Source: Catajapyx aquilonaris (taxonomy: Eukaryota). From it: a stretch of DNA of 64,000 bases. Of the stretch, positions 53,601 to 64,000 are shown one piece after another. Every line of letters begins with the position of its first letter. The stretch's first letter is position 1. Under the pieces are notes generated by a model. It was not told the DNA's origin and ran no database searches. It was given only the letters and a program-made list of their open reading frames with translations. The translations under genes and the position numbers were made by a program. The stretch is taken from assembly GCA_000934665.2 (NCBI GenBank), contig KZ538025.1, positions 62,001-126,000 of the forward strand, given 5' to 3'.

Positions 53601-55127
53601 TGAACATGTTTGTTAATAGCATGCGTATGGAGATTTCAGGTTATGTTTTTGGTTTTTTTTTTTTTCTATGTAGCCCTGAACTTTGGATAATTAATCTAGG
53701 AGTGCTTGTGCCAGTCAAACGTCAGGTTGAAGCCAGACCCTATATGGAACGCATTTAGGTGATCCGTGAAGAGTAATTGGATATTGCGGTAATTTCCGTG
53801 ATGAGCCGTTTGGTTCCTTCAGGAAACGGTGCTTGTTAAAGGAAATTATGATCGAGCTGTTATGGTTTTGGGCGAGAACCAGAAATCTCTGAAAACAGTT
53901 CAAAATTTGACATAATAATGACATGGAATTGGCCTCTTATTATTTTTTTCATAGCATAACATTGCATGTGTAATCTGTGGCAGGTGAAAAAAAAATCAAA
54001 TCCACATCAATTGGAACGATTCAGTGTTTAGGTCAAGCATAACCTGCTGCATCCCACTACGAGTTTTGGTCATGCAGGTAAAATACTGTGCATGCGTGAT
54101 GAATATTTTCCACCAAACCATGCATATTTTTTCCTCCAGACCGGTAATTCAAGTTTAAAATTTTTGGCGCTGGGAGCATATTCCTGGACAGGAGGCTCAA
54201 TTACACACATGCGTCATGAGTCCAGCAACCCGTAGCTGACTGGCTCGTGTGAATGAGCTAGTCCATGACATGCGTGTGCTGGCATATAAGGGTGGAGGAG
54301 GCAGCATGACAAGCAGCCGCAGCAGCAGCCGTAGCAGCAGCAGCAAAGGGTATACCTCCCTCCTCCCCCCCCACCCCAGCCTTTCCTCCCCCGTTATCTT
54401 CCAAGGGGCCGGGACCTGCAATTTGCACACACACAATGCGGCTATCAATCACTGGCCAGTTGGGGGCAACTGTACTCGCAGCCTCTGATATGTAGTTGTG
54501 ATGGGGAGAAGGGGAGGAGAAAAATTATTGAGACATTGAAAAAAAGTGTTCCGGATATTACGTTGCAAGAATCAATTTCTTACAAGTCACTTTCGGGTTG
54601 TGGGTGAAAGTTTGGGCTGCTTTCTGGGTGGTTGTGGATGGAAGGCTGATGGGAGTGGGAGCAGGTATAAGAAGGTAGAGGGACGTTTTGTAGATGCCAT
54701 AGAGCTTGCAATTAATGTGAACAAATACTTATGCAAACATTAATCGCTCTGGACTCAACCGCTCATAGCCCGTTTCCACTTGCACAGTGTTTAGTTTTAA
54801 GATTTTCATTAGTGAAACTAATTACTGTGAACCATTTTGGTCCTTTCAGGAGCACAAAAAATACTCTGCAAAAAAAAGTGCCTCTGAAGGAATGCCCAAG
54901 AAGTCCTGAAATTGCTTCAACTCCCAAAATAGGCAAAATATGCATGAAAAGTCGCAAAAAGCCAGAATATTCAAAATAGTTATCAAAACTATACGAAATA
55001 CTGTATATGCAATAATTTTAGGCATGACATACATTTTCCACATCTTGCACTTATGAAACGGAAAGATCTCTACACAAAATCATCCCAACAGTAAGGAACT
55101 AAAAACGCCTAAATACCAGGACTTTAA

Positions 55128-55600
55128 TCATTACAATCATAATTATGTCCGTACACAAAATATGATTGTAATGATAATGGGATAAATGCCAGACTACAAT
55201 ATCCATACCCATTTCCTAATTAATTGCATCTTTAATCGTGTTGGTAGTTTTATTTAAAAAATTGATAATATGCGTATACAAATTTATTAATTTTTAAAAT
55301 AACAGGGTTAGCGATGCAATTACATTAAGAAATGTGTGTAGACATAGGGTTGCGGCATTTATCCCATCCCAAAGCTTTCTCATTTTATAGTTAAAAATGC
55401 ACTCGTCCGAAATCCGAAAAGCTTCCAGTCCCAAGCTTTTCGGATGAAGGATTCTCAAGCTGTGTTGGCATCGTCTATAAAAATAATGGTACAATAGAAT
55501 GGGATAAATGTATCTATAAGGCATTTATGATTTATCCCATTCTGGTGTACCATTTTATAGATGCCAACACATCTTGAGCATTTATCCAATTCCAAAGCTG
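55128..55600. mobile_element. Palindrome-rich pogo/Tigger-like MITE cluster, copy 2
   Basis: Repeated atgggataaatg / catttatcccat motifs (~55176, 55354, 55498, 55530, 55578). Tigger-like end aaatccgaaaagcttccagtcccaagcttttcggatgaaggattctcaagctg at ~55410-55462. Long hairpin at 55454-55578. Confidence 0.55.
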
Positions 55601-58600
55601 TCAACATACACACCTTTACATTGACATTACATGTAGTTAGTTAGCATGTTGTACTTTTTTCATAGGCCCACTACAACAGAATAAAAAATGAGCCAATATG
55701 ATGGAGCATCGTCTTAAATGGCCTATAGACATTTAAATTCAAAGCAATAAAGGCGCATTACACACTATCAACATACAGACCTACAACGACGTGCGTAAGA
55801 CAGACAAAATAATAAATGCAGCTGAAAATTGAGAAAGGGGCGGGATGTACCACCCTGTAGAGACCAAAATACAGAAAAGCCTCCACGCACATGTAAGAAA
55901 AGGGGAGCTCAGTGACCGAAATCAAAGGGCAAAGTGTATACTTAGTCGCCGCAGAAATGAGTGGGAATGGTCAGTTATTCCCGACGCCAATTGCCTTGCG
56001 TTGCAGCTTCCGCCCTGTGGGAACGGAAGACAAATCCTATCTTTTCTTATTCTTAATTCCTCCCTTCCCCACCCTCTCCATAAGAAGAGAGGGGACTAAT
56101 CACTGCTCTTGGCCCACCGCTTTTTAGATTCTGGGGCACCCACCCTCAAGCCTTATGCCCTCAGAAATTGAAGGCCCCCAGGAACCCAGACACATCGGCA
56201 CACCCGCGGGTTTTATACCTCTTTCTAGCCATCTTCATCATCTCCAGGGGACCAGTTATATGATGTTGCGAACCACTTGCAAGACTCCTAACTATAAATG
56301 GTTTTCAGCCCAACTTAATGACATAATGGTAACCGACCTGCTAGGACAGATCATAGTAATATACATTTAAAAAAAAAAATCTGAGTTCATTTTCGACCTT
56401 GGATTTCATATTTTGTGAGCCACACCCTCTCGTGCGATGAGAAGATTGAGATCACTTGCGTTGCATTATTCCAAAAAGTACCGTTGCGTCGATTTCGATG
56501 CGAGGGGAAAACGTACCTTTTTGCACGCCAGTGACCGTTGCTTTTTGGTCTTCTCACACGAATTTAGACCCATTCCCACAATCGGAATTTGAGAAAGAAG
56601 CCATTGTTACCTATCACGCAACATCCCCCATCCCCAAATCTATAATCCCGCAACACATTCCGGAACACCATCAGTTCCCATGTCCTTCATATACCCTAAA
56701 ACGGTACAGTGTTTTGCAGGTAAATGCGATACGACGTAAATCCTTAAGTACAGCATCAAGCGGCCGTTCCTGGCTGTCAGAAAGGCGTGTAAATGTGTAT
56801 TCTGGGGCCGTTCGTCCAGATAGGTGCATCCGCCAAACTCGGAGGGACGCAAGGCGGCAGTTTAATGGGGGATAAGTCGTGGTCGTCCTCAACCCACTCA
56901 TTAACCCGTTTGCAATGGGTTATAATTTAGACGGAGGTGCGGCCGGCATGTAGGTGTAGGTGGGAGGGGGTGTGGCCAACTGCCCAGGCTCTTTTTCCCC
57001 ATAACATTGGCCTGCTGCCGCCGCCGGGTTTAAGGCAAGTTCACTAGACGACCGACAGGTGGATGGCGGCGCCACGAGCTGGTATAGCGGCGCCACCGTA
57101 GCGGACTGGCCCAAATTGCCTATATGAAATCACTGAAGCAGATCCATTGCCTTTTGCACAAAAGAGGGGACCTGAAAAGGTACGACACTTTGATGAAGTC
57201 GCGGTATTGTTAACGTGGACTCCGCCTCTTGAGGGTCGCAGGTTTGTTAGATATCTTTAAAGTTGTGGTTGGAAAAATGCAGGGTGAAAAGGAGGAGGGA
57301 CACTTGATCCTGATACATGGGTGTACCCGGGGTTTTTTTTAAGAAAGAGGGGAAAAACTAAGGGTCCAACTTTGGCTCCTGGGTGGCTATGGGTTTGGGT
57401 CTCCCATCGTGAAATCTGGATTTACTCACCAGTCGAAAGTATTTCATCCTCTTGAAAGGAGTTAAGGTCCGGAGGGATCGAGTTACGTTTTGTCCCTCTT
57501 TGGACGATTTTTTTACCGTTTCATTCTACCATGTAAGTCGCCAAGTAACCCAAATATTTATCCAACCCAGAAGAATTTAGGATGCGATGAAACTTATTAT
57601 CTCCCACTAACTCATGAATCCGTCAGACGATTACGTAGGACATTAGCTGGGTGAAGAAAAACCTGCTGGTTATGGGCAACCCAGAGGTCACATTCTTTCC
57701 GGATGAGGACAAACACCGATGTGCAGCCCTCCCAATTAGGGTGAAGGGTCCTCCGAAGGAAATACGGTGGTCCATCGACCAGAACACAACACCAGAAGGT
57801 GTAGGATGACGATGTGGTGTCGAGGACCAATTTGCCCCTCGACATCTGGTTCCGTAGTACCAGTAGGTACAACAAGTTGTAGAATTTATAGTCAGTTGAT
57901 GTTGAGCCCCCCTGCTGAGAGCCGTGTTTTTAACACGACCATTTACATGAATTGCCATCGTTGCCATGGACATCAGACGGGTTTTGTAGGCGGACAGCTT
58001 GTTGTAATGGTTGGAAGAAGCAAGGTTGCTGATCTGTTCCCCCAAATATCACAGGTGTCACTGTTGCTTTTCAACTCCAAGAAAGAAGTCCATGAATCAG
58101 TGGTTGGAATGTGCTGTTGGCTGTGGGTGAGTGAAAGCAGGAGGTTTTTGAGCAGTAGCCACAGGGTACCGTACCTACGCGGGGCTACCCCTAACTGAGC
58201 CCATGATTAGGTTTGGGTCCGTGTGTCACCCGAGACAAAGAGCAGGGCAGGTAGGGCTTCCAGAAAAGCCGGGAAGCTCCATACCTTTTTGGCCTTCGTG
58301 GGTTCCCTCAAAACAAACCACTGGGTCAGCCGCCTCTTTTGAGGTCAGGGATGCTTATTTGAAAAATCCTGAAGGCCCTTTTTGTGATATATTTCGAAAA
58401 AGAAAAAGTCGAGCGGAATCCAAATTTGCATGTTGCGCAATGGAGTCTTTGCCCTTAGGAACCAGTGAGGAAGAAGGTTGTAGGTCAAGGGAGTCTGGGC
58501 GTGGTCACTAGGTGTGCGCTCGATCTGTTATGTCAGGAATGTGTGGTGACACCGGAGGATATATGCAGGTGAGTCTACGTTGCCAATTCGTGCACTCCGG

Positions 58601-61600
58601 ATTTAAATGTTGTGGCAACATCGTCTGCATAATAACTTAAATGTCCCCGAGGCCAGACTCCATCAGGTCATAATCTTAGCAGAAAAAAAGGTACTTGAGG
58701 CTAAAATTCTTTACATCTGCTGGATATGAACGTGCTCTGATTTCTCCTTGGCAATGAATTGTCCACCGGGCTTGTGGTCCAGCTTCATCAAGAAGGCAGA
58801 GAGCGTCTGGGACACGTGGCTGAGGTCATCTGGAGGGGAAGATGGAGAGTAAGAAGACGAAGAAGAAGAAAGGAATGAGTGAGCTTCGGGGCTGTAAAAA
58901 CCCAACCGGTTTTTGAATGATGTATGAGGCGCTCCAAATGTACCTTCTCTTCTTATTCTTTTGCTCTTCTTCTCCTGGGGGCTAGCATTCCAAAAGGGAT
59001 TATTTCGAGACTATTTATAATAGCCCTGACCTTGTGACCTTCAAAATTTGAACGATTTATGCACCTGTGCAACAATGACTATTTTACGGTGTATATTACT
59101 GTTGTGGCTTTTCTCGTTGCTGATGTTATTTTGGTGTTTTATTTGATTGACTTATGTCAGTTTTTTAGAAAATTGGTGAGAAGGGTTTTCCTGAGCTCAA
59201 AAAGTGCGGTGGTTTTTCACTAGGCGGCACCACAAGCTGGGATAAGCTGTTGGAAAGCAATCAAACTTTGAAAACTGGTTCTTCACCTAATACTCAATTT
59301 TAAAAGTAGCCTTTTGCATTCATCTAGAAAGCCACAATAAAAATTAACACAAAGCCAAATTGTGCCAAATTAATTTGCTATTCATATAATATGTTACTTC
59401 AATATTTTGTCATAGTCATCAATAATGTCATTTGTAAATTCTAAAAATTATGATTTAATTCATTAATCACTGAGCGACATTTATATAACCACTCATTAAT
59501 CTTAAAAAATTTAAAAAATTACTTCGTATCGTCCCTAACAATTCCAGCAGGTTTGTCCCACTGAAATACACGACGAAGGAAGCCATAAAATTAGTCAAAT
59601 TGTCCTAAAATGTGGGATAAAGCCACAGCCTCGAATTAGGACCAGACCTTCCACAGGATGGACCACTCTTTTTTTTTTTTGTCCTTTTATTCAGCTCGCA
59701 CTGAGAGCCTGAAATGTCAGTGATTAGTATACCCCGCGGACAAAGACCGGTCTTATTATAACAAGTTGGCAATGGCAGACCGAGCAATGAGAGGACAGAC
59801 GGCTATCATTAGGATAAAAGCGCAGCGAAATAAAGATGATGTGCAGGGCATTGTTGTTTTGATCGTGTAATTGACTGGATTATCATCATCGTGACGATAT
59901 CGCTTGGAATGCATTTGAATTGCGTATATTCCTTGTGATTATTATGCCGAGTTATACGGTGCTTCAGGGGTGCCTATTTTTACCAGTAACCGGTGGTAAA
60001 TATTGGTAACAGTTGGATGTAATTTTTTTTAAATTGATGATGAAATGGATGGGCGTCAGTGGACAACTATCGTACAGAATTTATATGTCTCCAATGCAAC
60101 ATAAATTAGTTGTTCATTACCAGCTTCTCGTTTGAATCAACAAGTGTTTGAACATAAATCAGCTCTATCTAGGTGTATAATTTGCAGTTGAAATATTGCT
60201 CTTTGTGTTTTTTTCACGGGGTGATTCCTTACTTCGTGAGAACTACTTGTAGCCTTCCGATACTTAAACCCAATAATGACGATGCTCAAAATGGTTCGCG
60301 TGTGTTGTTGATAATTTTACACCCCCCAAATTTCTCTCTTTTACCCCAAAATTCGGTGCATCGTTTTAGCCACATAACCTTCGATCCACCTTTTTCCCAG
60401 GCCAAAAAAAGGAGGATATTTTTTTTTCACCCTCCCTAGAAATTGGGTGTTTTTTCCCCCCTCCAAAAATAATAAAAAAAACAGCATGCATTTCCCCGGT
60501 TACGAAGGAATTGGGAAGTACAGGAGGAATTGGGATGAAAACGATATAATTTGACCCAGAATCTCGTTATCCACAATAATAACAGGGGGTAGTGGTGGGG
60601 GATGGTAGTAATAATTCCCTTCCGTAATAATAATAAAAAAGTGCGATCATCTTAGACCTACGTTTTTTTTTTTCTTAATCTTTTTGTTTCATGGGCGCCG
60701 TCTGGGCGGTTGGTTTCTGCAGCTGCTGGGAACAGGATTTTTTGGCTTTTGAGGGTCCTGTGATTAGACGACGGCACATTGGGATAGGTAGCCAACTCTT
60801 TTTTTTTGTGCTCCTGTGTTAGTTGAACCTACCTCAATGCCTCACTTGTTAAAGGCAGTAGGCTACAATCACGCTAAATTGTGGGTATATGTTAATAGAA
60901 TTACCAATAGCGCAACTAATTAGTACCATGGCGTCCTAGCAGATGGCGCTTTGTTGATGGTTCGCTACATTGTTGTCATCTAGCCAAAATTGCGACCTGA
61001 AACTTAATTCCACATATGCGACAACCATGAGTTGACATACGGTTATCTCTCAGACCACCCACTGTCACGGCTACGGATCTGCGGCCTCTATCTAATTTTC
61101 TGTGGTTCCCTGCTGAGCCTAGAGAAAAAACCTGTTGGTTCGGATTTATTGGGGCTTTTCCTAGTAATATTATTAAGTCACTCCTTGACCCCGCCGATAT
61201 CTTCACGTCTCAAAATTTGTAGAACCCCCTGGTAATATATTAGCCGCTTGCAATGATGGTCATACCGAATCGTGACCTGTAGGGCCCCAAAAACTGGCGG
61301 GTCTGATGGAAAGAATGCAGGTTGAGGGTTAGGTGACGTTTGACAGCTGATTTTTGGAGGGTCTTGAAAAATATTTTTTGATGGTGGAAAAGTTTGGGAG
61401 CCTATGAAGCGGCCTCTGTGGACCCTGCAGGGGGTCTGACGGTCGATTTTGGGACCACCATTTTTCAAGGAATCGCTTTCAGAAGTGACTTGATGGCGAA
61501 ATGGTAGCGTGAACCTTGAAATTTTTTTTTGTAGGTACGGTACCGTCTTTTGGTCAAGCCTATAATGAACCCAGCATGGCTCATTTGCACTGTTAATTTT

Positions 61601-64000
61601 GATTCGACAAAAATAATACGTTTTTTTGTGTTCGTCAACAGTGTCTGGCATGCTAGGTGTGATACAAAAAATTAATCATTTTGTTTTTGGAAAGTGTTGG
61701 TTGCTATTCGAATTTGACGCCTGTCGAGTTCTCTCCATGAGATCTGCTCTCCTACGGTGCTTACTAAGCTACTAGATTTAGGCCTCCGGTTTACATTCAC
61801 GCCTTACTCTCTTTTTGATTAATGATTTTGGGTAAGAAGCACAGAATCCCTGCTGTTGCAGCACCTTGTTTTTCGCTTCAAATCATTGGATTTGTATGGT
61901 GTTGGGCAGGGCATGATGTTTCTTTCAAACCAGTACCTGCTGGTAGGCCATTCACAACTGGCAGTGCTAATATGAGGGTTATGAGAGGACTGATGAACAA
62001 ACGGTGGGTACGAATTGGAAATGCATATATCTTCGAGTTATTACTAGTTGTCAGACCTTTGGGGAGGTATGAAAAATTGCTTCTTATTCTCTCTCAAGAG
62101 GAAATGCGTATATATCAATCATGTGGACTGTTGGGGATAGGTCATAATTAATTGCACGTTTTGAGACTTTTCCGGATTTGGAATGGATGATTTATTATGG
62201 GAAGTATATGCTTCTCACACGACGTAATGTGTTTTTAACAATTTAAATCGGTGGTGATTCCAAGCATATTTCCAGGATGATGCTTCACAATATAGGTTTT
62301 ACAGGTTTAACTTGTAACGAAATATAGCGATCTTAATTACCATGATATGCACTTGTGTACGAAGCTTTATTGCAAGGTGATGTCAAATACAACAATGTCA
62401 CAGTCTTCCTGACTTGCAGCAGGTATACAATATCAAATCTCATATGTTGTGACCGAGTCTGCAAAACCACACGTAGGTTGATGCTATTATTATACTGTAT
62501 TTAGTAAATGAATACCCGGATAATAATATGACTCACTATTATTATCTCTCCTTCTCCACCACTAAAATGAAATTGTGGGCATTCAAACACAATAATTAGA
62601 GAAGTTCTTTTTATCCAACCTACACACCAGACTCGAAGATGTAACTACCCGACCTTTTCCCAGCAATAATGGAACTGCGAAGCGCCTGTGACTTCATTTC
62701 CCACGCTTATATTTCGTCTGAGACTTCTCGAATAGTATATTTTTGGGAGGCCTGACGGAGGGAAACGAAAGCAGTCATTTTCGTCACACGCAATAGGAAC
62801 CAAAAGGTTACCCACAATACGACTTCTCCTTCCGATTTCCCTTCTAACCTACCGTGTATACTGATTCCGTTTAATTCAAAACTCTTACTCTCAAAATACA
62901 TTTATTACAGTGTATCTCTTATAATGAAATGACCGCTTTGGCGTTACGTTGCGTTTCAGAAGAGCAACCGTTGGTGATTGCGTTTGCGTCGCCAACTGCA
63001 ATTTCCGTGGTATAGGTTAGTTATTAGGGTGGGGCATTTCAAGGAGGGGGACCTAGAAAGATTAAAAAAAAAACACCGTTCTACTTTCAAAAAACCTAAA
63101 TGTTGCGTTTGCCTCTTTCACCCTCCTACCCTATCCTCCTCCCAAAGAAGTGGCACTGATTCCGCTTGATAAAAGTAATAATTACATCATGAGTTACTCT
63201 AAACCAATTACGTCCTCACTTTTCCTCCCCTGCATGGCTCTGATACTTTTTTCCTCCATCCCGCCTTTTTGGTACACGAAACATGAGAAACTAAGAATAT
63301 CCGGTAGGACATGAGATATTACAAGCCTGAACTAATAGATACCGTGGTAACATGTAATTAGTATTGAAAATATGAATAATAAATTAAAATTTTGTCCGAT
63401 TCAGATTTACGTCATTTTTACAAACAAGTGACAATAACAATGCTGTAATGAGAAACAAATATTATTTTATGGAAATATTGCGCGTCAATTGGTCCATGTG
63501 TCTAGAAATGATTCAATTCATATGCGACTACTGGGCACATATGCTATATGGTAAGACCAGAAATCTCGAGTTACAGGGTCCAATCAAAATACATTTCCCT
63601 GTTTTGACGCCCATAAAAACTTTCTGCAGCTGCAGAAGAAGGGAAACGAAGGAGAACGAGAACTAATTAGCGCTTGGAAGCCGATCCTCCTCAGCTTCTC
63701 CTCTTACAAGAAACACAAGAGGCGTCTTTTGGACCTCTTCCGGGCTAATCCCAGTAAGTCGGCTGCCATTCCTAACGAGCCGAAGGATGGCCACTATTTC
63801 AAGGGAAACAGTTTTGGTGGGGGAGACCACATCTAACTTACCATGCCGACCTGTCAGCTAAAGGAACACTGCTGGAACACATTCGACCCCGGAACGTGTC
63901 GGCCCCTAACAACATTGGCCATATGCCTACCGCACTTCTGGTCAAAAATTCCTATGATTACTTTTAAAAAGTGTGCGAGCAATAAACAAGGGAAGAGATT

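Overview
Eukaryotic, most likely arthropod, genomic DNA that is mostly non-coding. It holds two tandem, same-orientation (minus-strand) odd-skipped-family C2H2 zinc-finger genes. Gene 1 is sob-like: predicted exons 13714-13666, 11563-10702 and 10641-10149, 467 aa if the tentative first exon is right. Gene 2 is a clear bowl orthologue: coding exons 44799-44039 and 36524-35423, 620 aa, plus a probable non-coding first exon ending at 45460. Both encode five fingers and a C-terminal eh1-type Groucho motif, and both have the same phase-2 intron inside finger 2 (60 bp vs 7.5 kb). The rest is long regulatory-type intergenic or intronic DNA with small MITE-like inverted-repeat elements, minisatellites, a local duplication and an assembly gap (50064-50110). 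Main observations: (i) a patch of unusually high silent-site identity between the paralogues in fingers 1-2, suggesting gene conversion; (ii) about 3-fold more Su(H)-type motifs than a uniform base model predicts; (iii) shared N-terminal motifs and candidate degron/co-repressor motifs; (iv) a palindrome-rich pogo/Tigger-like MITE family upstream of bowl. I saw no prokaryotic system, CRISPR array, tRNA or rRNA. Almost all other ORFs in the track look spurious. All counts were made by eye, and comparisons to known proteins or elements are from memory.
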